40,150 nucleotides of DNA from Clostridia bacterium (GCA_012841935.1 DUTS01000062.1:1-40150), one strand, 5' to 3'. Counted from the stretch's first letter, positions 17,701 to 25,773 are shown. Program-made: numbers and translations. The notes: generated by a model not told the origin, from the sequence alone.

Positions 17701-18684
17701 CTATATCCGCATGGCCTCATGTACCAATTCCATTGTTTCAGCTGCTTTTACACGTGCTTTTTGGGCTCCAGTTTCTAAAATCTCGGCAAGCAGCTTTGGT
17801 TTATTAAGATAATTTTCTCGTCTCTGCCGAATCGGTGCTAATTGTTGGTCAATAATTTTAGCTAAGCGGTGTTTACATTCTACACAACCTATTTCTCCCT
17901 GCCGACAAGCTGTACTTATTGCCTCTACTTCTGTGCGGTAAAGTTGATGATATGCATAAACTAAACAAACCTCAGGATGACCGGGATCATCTTTTTTAAT
18001 TCTCGCCGGATCAGTAACCATCATTTGTACTTTATCCCAAATTTCCTTAGTAGAAGCACTCAACGGAATATCATTATTATAGCTTTTGCTCATTTTTCGA
18101 CCATCTACTCCCGGCAGCATGGCTATTTGAGCTAATTTTGCTTGTGGTTCGGGAAAAAGTTCACAATTATAAAGGTGATTAAAACGACGTGCCAATTCAC
18201 GCGTAAATTCGATATGAGGTAATTGATCTTCACCAACTGGAATCGTATTTGCCCGATAAACTAAAATATCGGCAGCCATTAAAACCGGATAACCCAAAAA
18301 TCCATAGGTAGAAATGTTTTTGCCTTGACTGCCTAATTGAGCGATTTGACTCTTAAAAGTAGGCACCCGTTCCACCCAGGAAAGTGGAGTAATCATGGAA
18401 AAAAGCAAATGTAATTCACCATGCTCCTTAATAGCTGATTGAATAAAAATTGCACATTTTTCCGGATCCAAACCAGCACTGAGCCAATCTAAAAGCATCA
18501 AATGTCTATTTTCCCGAATTTCTTCCGTATTTTCAAAAGCGGTAGTTAAAGCATGCCAATCAACAATACCAAAATAACACTGATATTCATCCTGTAATTG
18601 TAACCAATTTTCTAAAACACTCAAATGACCAATATGCAGTCTCCCGGTAGGACGCATACCACTAAAAACTATTCCCTGCGACAT
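17701..18684 (-). CDS. trpS: Tryptophan--tRNA ligase
   Basis: 327 aa with class-I motifs (GRLHIGH and KMSKS) and a TrpRS-type core (GEDQLPHIEFTRELARRFN). Confidence 0.95.
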   Translation of the reverse strand: MSQGIVFSGMRPTGRLHIGHLSVLENWLQLQDEYQCYFGIVDWHALTTAFENTEEIRENRHLMLLDWLSAGLDPEKCAIFIQSAIKEHGELHLLFSMITPLSWVERVPTFKSQIAQLGSQGKNISTYGFLGYPVLMAADILVYRANTIPVGEDQLPHIEFTRELARRFNHLYNCELFPEPQAKLAQIAMLPGVDGRKMSKSYNNDIPLSASTKEIWDKVQMMVTDPARIKKDDPGHPEVCLVYAYHQLYRTEVEAISTACRQGEIGCVECKHRLAKIIDQQLAPIRQRRENYLNKPKLLAEILETGAQKARVKAAETMELVHEAMRI

Positions 18685-18698
18685 TCAAAATTACCCTC

Positions 18699-19325
18699 CT
18701 ATAAACCAACTATAAAACCACTAATTAACATAATAGAATAAAGTAAACCATTAACTAAAGGACCTAAAATATAACCAATTAACCCCGTAATTACCACAAA
18801 AATTAAAATAAATGGCCCATAAGCCTCCAATTGGATTAAAAACCTATACCCTCCAGCTGGTAATAATCCGGACAAAATTTTAAAACCATCTAAAGGAGGA
18901 ATGGGAATTAAATTAAAAACAGCCAAACAAAGATCAATTACCAAAAGGGCCTCAGTCAAAACTAACCAAAAATAAGCAGCCTGAAACTTAATACATAAAG
19001 TGTATAATATACCAGCAGCTAAAGCAACCAGAAGGTTGGATAAAGGTCCAGCTAGAGCAACATAAAGCATTCCCTTGCGGGGATTAATTCGAAAATTAGC
19101 CGGATTGACCATTACCGGTTTAGCCCAACCAAAACGAGCAATAATTAATAATAAAGTACCAATAGGATCTAAATGTGCTAAAGGGTTAAGAGTCAATCTC
19201 CCCTGATATTTTGGTGTAGGATCCCCCAAACGATAGGCTACATAACCATGGGCAAATTCATGTACACTTAAAGCCAGTAAAATTGCCGGTAAACTAATAA
19301 TTATTATTTGCCAACTACTTCCCAT
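18699..19325 (-). CDS. Site-2 protease family (M50) membrane metalloprotease
   Basis: 208 aa and polytopic, with the HEFAH zinc motif (VHEFAHGYVA) and the downstream NLIPIPPLDG motif. Confidence 0.88.
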   Translation of the reverse strand: MGSSWQIIIISLPAILLALSVHEFAHGYVAYRLGDPTPKYQGRLTLNPLAHLDPIGTLLLIIARFGWAKPVMVNPANFRINPRKGMLYVALAGPLSNLLVALAAGILYTLCIKFQAAYFWLVLTEALLVIDLCLAVFNLIPIPPLDGFKILSGLLPAGGYRFLIQLEAYGPFILIFVVITGLIGYILGPLVNGLLYSIMLISGFIVGL

Positions 19326-19341
19326 TAATATCCTCCTCCAA

Positions 19342-20199
19342 TCATTTTAAAGCCCGCTCTATTTTACTCCGTTCCCGAGGATACAATCCCCAATATTCGG
19401 CCAACTCATCTAGTTTTTCAGGCTCTCGGGCTAAAAGCAAGGCCAAATAAGTATCCCACTTGGAAATAGCTTTACTTTCATCCCAATCGGGATAAAATGA
19501 AAGACTTTTAAAAAAAGCAGTCCAGCCTCCTAAATAAAAAATAGCTTGAATATTCTTGCTTACTTCTTTTTCGGCACATAATAAACGCCATTCCTTAAAT
19601 CTGCGGCGAGGAGCAATCTTTTGTAAATAAGGCCAACTCTCCTTTAATAATTTCAAAGTTTCACCGGCAATACTAAAACCTAAACGATTTTGATAGCGCA
19701 GGGCACGTAAGATTCGTGTAGGATCATCCCGAAAACTACTTGCTGATAGAATACGTAAAAGGCCCCTTTCCAAATCTCGTTTTCCCCCAAACAAATCAAT
19801 AATTTCACCCCAACCATTTTCTTCAAGGGGAATTAAGAGGGTATTAATAGTAAAATCCCTTCTTTTTAAATCATTAAACCAGTTAGTAGGTTTAACCAAT
19901 GGTAAGGCACCTGGTTCGAGATAAATTTCCTCTCGAGCTGTGGCAAAATCAAAAATTAAATCACCTATTCTCCAAGTAGCTGTTAAAAAACGGGGATTAA
20001 AAATAGCTTCCCCGGCAAATTTTTTCTGTAAACCCTTTACCAAGGCAATACTATCTCCCTCAAGCAAGAAATCATAATCACGACTTTTTCTCTGCAAAAG
20101 GGCATCACGTACTGCACCACCTACTAAAAACAGCGGCTTTGCTGTCTGCGAAATCAACCAATCGATAATTTTATTAGCTGGTAAATATCGTGATACCAT
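19342..20199 (-). CDS. Short class-II nucleotidyltransferase (poly(A) polymerase/CCA-adding enzyme head-neck domains only)
   Basis: 285 aa with the motifs GGAVRDALL, DYDF, RRDFTINTL and DDPTRILRALRY. The C-terminal body/tail seen in ~400-aa CCA enzymes is absent. Confidence 0.8.
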   Translation of the reverse strand: MVSRYLPANKIIDWLISQTAKPLFLVGGAVRDALLQRKSRDYDFLLEGDSIALVKGLQKKFAGEAIFNPRFLTATWRIGDLIFDFATAREEIYLEPGALPLVKPTNWFNDLKRRDFTINTLLIPLEENGWGEIIDLFGGKRDLERGLLRILSASSFRDDPTRILRALRYQNRLGFSIAGETLKLLKESWPYLQKIAPRRRFKEWRLLCAEKEVSKNIQAIFYLGGWTAFFKSLSFYPDWDESKAISKWDTYLALLLAREPEKLDELAEYWGLYPRERSKIERALK

Positions 20200-20205
20200 A
20201 ATAAT

Positions 20206-20301
20206 TTATTCCCTTGGTTTTTTTTTATTAAACAACGCCATTATTTCCAAGATTAAATATATAAGCAAGATAACAATTAAACCTTTAATAATGAAAATCA
20301 A
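20206..20301 (-). CDS. Possible 31-aa single-TM micro-protein (not in the ORF track)
   Basis: My translation from TTG 20301: (M)IFIIKGLIVILLIYLILEIMALFNKKKPRE*. GGGGGTGG lies 4 nt upstream. The ORF sits in the 117-nt lysA-NTase gap and ends 6 nt before the NTase ATG. Confidence 0.3.
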   Translation of the reverse strand: MIFIIKGLIVILLIYLILEIMALFNKKKPRE

Positions 20302-20316
20302 AAAACCACCCCCGAA

Positions 20317-21639
20317 CTAGCTGGGAGAACTAAGTCGTGCAGGAATTAAATCATGACGAATTAAATCCTGATAAGTTTCGCGGGCAACAATTAAATCAGC
20401 CTTTCCTTGGTTCACTAGGACTACGGCAGGACGCGGCAGCCGATTATAATTACTAGCCATGGAATAATTATAAGCACCTGTTGCAGAAACAGCCAAAAGG
20501 TCCCCACAAGTAGCTTCCGGAAGTTTAATATCCTTTATTAACAAATCACCACTTTCGCAATATTTGCCAGCAATAGAAACTATTTCAGTTGATCGGGCTA
20601 ACATTCTATTAGCCACTGCAGCCTCATATTTAGCTTGATAAAGTGCTGGTCTAGGATTATCACCCATACCACCATCAACAGCCAAATAGGTACGAATTTT
20701 AGGTACTTTTTTCACAGTACCAATAGTATAAAGAGTAATACCCGCTGGACCAATAATTGAACGTCCTGGTTCAATTATTATTTTTGGTATCTCAATTTTT
20801 AATTCCTGTGCTTTTCTTTGAACTAGAGCCATTATTGGCGAAGCAAATTCCTTGATGGCAATTGGTTCATCACCAGAGGCATAATAAATACCCATCCCCC
20901 CACCCAAATTTAATTCTTCTAATTCATGTCCAGTTTCAACTTTAATTTCCTTTAAAAAATCCATCATTACTGCCGCAGTATTACGAAAAGGGGCAATCTC
21001 CAAAATTTGCGAACCAATATGACAATGTAAACCCTTTAGATCTATAGTCTCCAAAGAAAGTGCTTGCTTAACAATTGCCAATGCTTGGCCGGTAATAATC
21101 GGCAAACCAAACTTAGAATCTATCTGTCCTGTTCGAATATGCTGATGTGTGGAAACATCAATCCCGGGAGTTATTCTTAATAAAATCCGGGCAGTAGTGC
21201 CCAATTTTAAACAAAGATCATGTACTAATTCCAATTCCCGAAAACTATCAACCACAATACGACCAACACGATTAATTAGGGCCTCTTCAATTTCCACAGC
21301 TGACTTATTATTACCATGAAAATAAATCTGTTCAGCCGGGAAACCAGCTTGTAAAGCCGTAAATAATTCTCCCCCTGAAACTACATCTAAACCTAATTTT
21401 TCTTGTGCAATTATTTTAACCATAGCCATAGTTAAAAATGCCTTACTGGCATAGAGCACTTTATTTTGCGGAAAAGGTTGAACAAAAGCCTGATAATAGT
21501 CTCGACAATTTTGACGTAAATAAGTTTCGTCAATTACATAAAGTGGTGTACCAAATTCTTTGGCCAAATCCAGGGTATCACACCCACCGATACATAAATG
21601 ACCTTGGGTATTAATAGTCATGGTTCCCTGTAATTTCAT
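20317..21639 (-). CDS. lysA: Diaminopimelate decarboxylase
   Basis: 440 aa of the PLP-dependent fold-III decarboxylase type (YASKAF PLP-lysine region, HCHIGSQ, GGGMGI, ESGD, YNYSMASNYN). Confidence 0.95.
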   Translation of the reverse strand: MKLQGTMTINTQGHLCIGGCDTLDLAKEFGTPLYVIDETYLRQNCRDYYQAFVQPFPQNKVLYASKAFLTMAMVKIIAQEKLGLDVVSGGELFTALQAGFPAEQIYFHGNNKSAVEIEEALINRVGRIVVDSFRELELVHDLCLKLGTTARILLRITPGIDVSTHQHIRTGQIDSKFGLPIITGQALAIVKQALSLETIDLKGLHCHIGSQILEIAPFRNTAAVMMDFLKEIKVETGHELEELNLGGGMGIYYASGDEPIAIKEFASPIMALVQRKAQELKIEIPKIIIEPGRSIIGPAGITLYTIGTVKKVPKIRTYLAVDGGMGDNPRPALYQAKYEAAVANRMLARSTEIVSIAGKYCESGDLLIKDIKLPEATCGDLLAVSATGAYNYSMASNYNRLPRPAVVLVNQGKADLIVARETYQDLIRHDLIPARLSSPS

Positions 21640-21689
21640 TAAATTTCACTCCCTACTAGTTTTCACTCCTTTCCATTATAGCAATAATT

Positions 21690-22805
21690 TTAAGACAAGG
21701 TAACCCTTAATGTCGAAACCTGCCTTTTTTTAGCTCGCAGTAATTCAACAAAGGCTTCTAAGCGAGTTTCTAAACCAGCTTCACCGGTTTGTTCATCTAC
21801 ATAGATATTTAATACAGGTATTTTACACTTTTTACTTACCTGCGGGAAAATATTGTGAGCCACTATTTCCGGCATACAAGTTAAAGGAGCCACTTGAATA
21901 AGACCATCATAACCTTGTTTGGCAAAAGCTACTCCCGCCCCAATACTTTCCAAACCATGACCACCTACAAAATGATTCAAAAAAGGGCTGGCTTCCATTT
22001 CATATTGACGCGATTTTAAATTAAAAATATTTAAAGTCAAAATATGCTTTTTAATCCACTCACTTAAATAAAGTGAACGGCGTACATATACCCCTTGGGC
22101 AGCCAACTTTTTTTCTATTTCCAAATTAGCAAATGGTTCAAGTAGAGTGTAAATCTCCCCCACTAGACCAATTTTTAAAACTTGATCAACTTCTTTGAGA
22201 GGAATATGTAATAATTTTTCTCTTGCCAAGCCATAAGCTTCTTCTAATTCATGAGTTTCAGTAGTGGCATCAATATTTAAAAGAGCCTTTTTAAAGATTC
22301 GCTCCGCAGTTCCTAAGGCCCTTTCTCGGGGACGTATTTGCTGCACCAGTTTTTCCAATTCATCTACCAAAATGGCTTTTTTATAACCAAGGCGTACTGC
22401 CTGAATAATTTTCCACCAAGGTAAAGGTCCAATAGTACTACGAATGCGTTTCACAAATTCCAAGTAGCCTTTTTCCGGTGGTTCGATAATAATGGCTTGA
22501 TAACCTACTCCCAAATCCTCTAATATTTCTTTTTCTAATTGAGCATATAAACCAAAACGACACGGACCGGAACCGCCAATCATTAAGAAAGTATCTGCCC
22601 CCATTGCTTTTGCTTCAATAAAATTTCCAATATTTATTTTAAAAGGCAAACAAGCAAATTCCGGTGAATGACGCACTCCCAAAGATAATGTTTTTCTAGT
22701 ACAAGGGGGCGGCACAATCACCTCTAGACCCAGATGTTCCAGCATCCCTTTGACAGGTACCCACATTGTACCCATATGAGGAAATGTAATCTTGATGGTT
22801 ATCAC
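21690..22805 (-). CDS. Acyl-CoA dehydratase activase-related protein (DUF2229/HgdB-like, COG3580/3581-type), copy 2
   Basis: It is a paralogue of the upstream gene. The conserved N-terminus (IKITFPHMGTMWVPVKGMLEHLGLEVIVPPP...ACLPFK) aligns to MNWKIGLPRALFY...VIVSPP...CLPVK, and the C-terminal motif is DEQTGEAGLETRLEAFV. The start is unclear: ORF-track ATG 22874 has no SD, and GTG 22805 sits right after GGAGGA. Confidence 0.75.
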   Translation of the reverse strand: MITIKITFPHMGTMWVPVKGMLEHLGLEVIVPPPCTRKTLSLGVRHSPEFACLPFKINIGNFIEAKAMGADTFLMIGGSGPCRFGLYAQLEKEILEDLGVGYQAIIIEPPEKGYLEFVKRIRSTIGPLPWWKIIQAVRLGYKKAILVDELEKLVQQIRPRERALGTAERIFKKALLNIDATTETHELEEAYGLAREKLLHIPLKEVDQVLKIGLVGEIYTLLEPFANLEIEKKLAAQGVYVRRSLYLSEWIKKHILTLNIFNLKSRQYEMEASPFLNHFVGGHGLESIGAGVAFAKQGYDGLIQVAPLTCMPEIVAHNIFPQVSKKCKIPVLNIYVDEQTGEAGLETRLEAFVELLRAKKRQVSTLRVTLS

Positions 22806-23712
22806 TCCTCCAACGAATAATATCAACAAAAGCTTCCAATCTCGTAAATAACCCGGCTTTACCACTGTGTTCATCTAAAATAACATTTAGATAGGGAATT
22901 TGCCGTTCAATTAAACGTCTAATAATTAAACTATCCATAAAAGAATCAATTCCACAGCCAAAAGAAGTTAAATTAATTACCCCTTTTAAACCCGGTTGTT
23001 CCATAAAACTATAAACAGCACCTAATTGGGTCTTTCCATAAGTCCAAAAAACAAGTTTAGGAAACTTTTGTAAATGAGTTTCTCTTTCCCTTTGAGGAAA
23101 ATGTGAAGGCAAAATAATCGTACAACCCAGTCTACGAAGTTTTTCCCATAAACCTAAATTTAAATAATGATCATGAAGATTATAATCATGACCCAGAATT
23201 AAAATATTTAAATCAGTTGTTTTAATTTCTTTTACTAATTTCTGTTCATAGTCCCTTTGTTCCTGCATTGCTTTTTGCCAAGCCTTTTTTATTTTTGACC
23301 ATTTAGTAGTAAATGGTGCGGCACAATCACACAAAAAACTATTTACCTGATTTGTTTTCACCTGATTAATTACCGGTTTGATTAAAGGCGGATGTTTAAT
23401 TTTACTAGCCTCCAACATATCAGGTAATCCCATAAATTTTGGACAAATATAAGCCTTTTTTTCTACACTAATTAAACGGGGAACAAATAAATAATCAAGG
23501 TTTTTTTGACATAAAGCCTGTACATGTCCGAAAAAAATTTTAACAGGCAGACATGTTTCCGCTACCACACTTTGAATACCTTCATCTAAAATAATCTTAT
23601 TAGTGGGTGGTGAGACAATCACTTGCCCACCCAAGGCCTCGAAAAAGGTTGTCCATAAGGGAAAATAAGTATGATAAAACAAGGCCCGCGGCAAACCAAT
23701 TTTCCAATTCAT
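22696..23712 (-). CDS. Acyl-CoA dehydratase activase-related protein (DUF2229/HgdB-like, COG3580/3581-type), copy 1
   Basis: 338 aa with the motifs MNWKIGLPRALFYHTYFPLW..., CLPVK, SFGCGIDS and DEHSGKAGLFTRLEAFV. SD AAAGGAG is present. It starts 26 nt after the spoVAE stop with no intervening terminator. Its 3' tail overlaps the next gene. Confidence 0.78.
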   Translation of the reverse strand: MNWKIGLPRALFYHTYFPLWTTFFEALGGQVIVSPPTNKIILDEGIQSVVAETCLPVKIFFGHVQALCQKNLDYLFVPRLISVEKKAYICPKFMGLPDMLEASKIKHPPLIKPVINQVKTNQVNSFLCDCAAPFTTKWSKIKKAWQKAMQEQRDYEQKLVKEIKTTDLNILILGHDYNLHDHYLNLGLWEKLRRLGCTIILPSHFPQRERETHLQKFPKLVFWTYGKTQLGAVYSFMEQPGLKGVINLTSFGCGIDSFMDSLIIRRLIERQIPYLNVILDEHSGKAGLFTRLEAFVDIIRWRSDNHQDYISSYGYNVGTCQRDAGTSGSRGDCAAPLY

Positions 23713-23738
23713 TTCACATTACTCCTTTCCCCAAATTT

Positions 23739-24095
23739 TTAGCCTTTGGGTTTAGCAAAAGTAGCTGCCACCAATCCAAAAACTATGGCAGTAGCAATAC
23801 CCACCGAGGTAGCTTCCAAGCCACCTCCCAGTGCCCCCAACAAACCACGCGATTTTACACCCTCAATAGCTCCTTGGGCTAAAGAATGACCAAAACCTGA
23901 TAGGGGAACCGTAGCCCCCGCCCCTCCCCAATCAATCAGGGCTTGATAGACACCGATGAAACTCAATAAAATACCGGTGGTAACATATCCGACCAAAATA
24001 TGACCAGGAGTAATGTGAAAAGGTGTTAAATCCATTAAAAGTTGTCCCAAAACACAAAACATACCACCTAAAATAAAAGCCTTTAATAAATCTAT
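23739..24095 (-). CDS. spoVAE: Stage V sporulation protein AE (SpoVAEb-type)
   Basis: The SpoVAE core is present (GQLLMD...GAGATVPLSGFGHSL...GLVAATFAKPKG). The first ATG (24062) removes the conserved first TM segment. The frame is open to 24101 and encodes IIDLLKAFILGG upstream. The best-fitting start is ATA 24095..24093, which overlaps the spoVAD stop (TAATA). The stop is certain; the start is uncertain (24062 or 24095). Confidence 0.85.
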   Translation of the reverse strand: MDLLKAFILGGMFCVLGQLLMDLTPFHITPGHILVGYVTTGILLSFIGVYQALIDWGGAGATVPLSGFGHSLAQGAIEGVKSRGLLGALGGGLEATSVGIATAIVFGLVAATFAKPKG

Positions 24096-25114
24096 TATCT
24101 TTCACTCCCTTCAGATTCCAAAACAACTGCATGTGCTATACAAGGAATACTTTCACCTTGAAAGGTGCTCAAAGGGCTTAACAAAGCACCAGTACCCAAA
24201 AACAAAATTCGCTGCTGATGACCACTTGCCAATTGGTGAAGTAAATGGGCCGCCAAAATTACTGCCGAACAGCCACAACCACTTCCTCCAGAATGAGTAT
24301 CTTGCTCAGGTGCATAAATCACCTTACCACAATCATATAAACCCTCAGTAGAAATCCCCTTTTCTTCCAATAAAGTATTTAAAATATCACTACCCAAAAA
24401 ACCCAGATCACCGGTAACAATTAAATCATAATCTTTTTCACTACGTCCCGTATCTTCCAAATGAGTTTTAATCGTATCATAAGCAGCTGGAGCCATTGCC
24501 GAACCTAAATCCTGAGCATTACTTACTCCAAAATCATTAATTTTCCCTACAGTAGCCTCAGTAAGTCTTATTCCGGTACCAATTCTACTCAACACAAAAG
24601 AACCACTACCGGTAACAGTCCATTGAGCCGTCATGGGCCGCTGGTCACCCAATTCAGTTGGAGTACGAAACTGTCTTTCAGCGGTATCATGGTGGCTACT
24701 GGCCGAAACACCTATTCTTTCCGCAAAACCACCATCCAGCAAAATCCCCCCTAGACATAACCCTTGGGCTATCGTGGAACAAGCCCCATAAAGACCCAAA
24801 AAAGGAATTTGTAAAAAACGGGCCGTGAAATTTGCACTAATAATTTGATTTAATAAATCCCCAGCCAAATAAAGATCTAAATCTTTAGGTAAAAGCCCCT
24901 TTTTCTCCAAAGCCAATTCCATAGAATACTGCATCATTTTTTGTTCTGCTTTTTCCCAAGTCTTTTCACCAGCCAAATTATCTTCCAAGACATGGTCAAA
25001 TTGTTTACCAAAGGGCCCCACACCTTCCTTAGGCCCCACAACCGAGGCCCAAGAATCAACTATCGGCTGAGACGAAAATTGAAATGTTTGTTTACCAATT
25101 TTTTTATGTGCCAT
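24095..25114 (-). CDS. spoVAD: Stage V sporulation protein AD
   Basis: 339 aa with a thiolase-like SpoVAD fold (VVGPKEGVGPFGKQFD, GACSTIAQGL, HSGGSGCGCSA). Confidence 0.95.
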   Translation of the reverse strand: MAHKKIGKQTFQFSSQPIVDSWASVVGPKEGVGPFGKQFDHVLEDNLAGEKTWEKAEQKMMQYSMELALEKKGLLPKDLDLYLAGDLLNQIISANFTARFLQIPFLGLYGACSTIAQGLCLGGILLDGGFAERIGVSASSHHDTAERQFRTPTELGDQRPMTAQWTVTGSGSFVLSRIGTGIRLTEATVGKINDFGVSNAQDLGSAMAPAAYDTIKTHLEDTGRSEKDYDLIVTGDLGFLGSDILNTLLEEKGISTEGLYDCGKVIYAPEQDTHSGGSGCGCSAVILAAHLLHQLASGHQQRILFLGTGALLSPLSTFQGESIPCIAHAVVLESEGSER

Positions 25115-25122
25115 TTATTACC

Positions 25123-25773
25123 CTACTTTATAAAGAAATAGACCAAACCTACCAAAATGGAAACCATGGTCCCGTACACCAAAACCGGTCCGGCGACCCT
25201 AAATAAATGAGCCCCTACACCATAAATGTACCCTTCATGTTTAAATTCTAAACCAGAAGCCACAATTGAATTAGCAAATCCGGTTATGGGTACAATGGAA
25301 CCTGCCCCGGCAACTTTACCTAACTTATCATAATGACCAAGGCCAGTGAAAAAGGCTCCCAAAAAAATTAACAAGGCCGAGGTTGCCGCCCCTGCTTCTT
25401 TATCAGGTAGTCCGTTTTGTAAAAAAATATTTTTAATTACTTGTCCCAATAAACAAATCGCACCACCAATTAAAAAAGCCATGAACACATTTTTTAAAAC
25501 TGTTTGGGGTGGAACTAATTTCAACGCCGTACTTTGATAAGCTCTTTGCAAAGGAATTGCAATCCTTTGCTGCTGTCGTTCCAATTCACGACGTAGAGCA
25601 ATTAATTTTTCTTTTTCTTCTCCTTGAGCCTCAGCTTCCCAAGCTAAAACCTTTTGATGTTCCTTTTGTAAAGCCTCCTGTTGTTTCATCATTTCCTGTT
25701 CACTAAGTACAACATTTCGGGCAATAATTGCTTCTCTTGCCTGCATGTTTTGCCGAATATCCTTTTCCTGCAA
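25123..25773 (-). CDS. spoVAC: Stage V sporulation protein AC with a long charged N-terminal extension
   Basis: The C-terminal ~125 aa is SpoVAC (FLIGGAICLLGQ, GAGSIVPITGFANS, EGYIYGV). It is preceded by ~95 residues of E/Q/K/R-rich, coiled-coil-like sequence. TTG 25773 follows AGGTGG. No SD-backed internal start was found. Confidence 0.88.
   Translation of the reverse strand: MQEKDIRQNMQAREAIIARNVVLSEQEMMKQQEALQKEHQKVLAWEAEAQGEEKEKLIALRRELERQQQRIAIPLQRAYQSTALKLVPPQTVLKNVFMAFLIGGAICLLGQVIKNIFLQNGLPDKEAGAATSALLIFLGAFFTGLGHYDKLGKVAGAGSIVPITGFANSIVASGLEFKHEGYIYGVGAHLFRVAGPVLVYGTMVSILVGLVYFFIK

Noticed and set aside
18685-18698. A T-box leader upstream of trpS, and an L-box upstream of lysA (21640..21689)
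   Set aside because: Only 14 nt and 50 nt are available, respectively. That is far too short for these ~200-nt riboswitch leaders, and trpS is embedded in an operon.
23932-24132. A 66-aa minus-strand ORF spanning the spoVAD/spoVAE junction
   Set aside because: It is an alternative frame overlapping both conserved genes. Its sequence (MQLFWNLKGVKDNRFIKGFYFRWYVLCF...) shows no family resemblance. The spoVAE frame explains this DNA.
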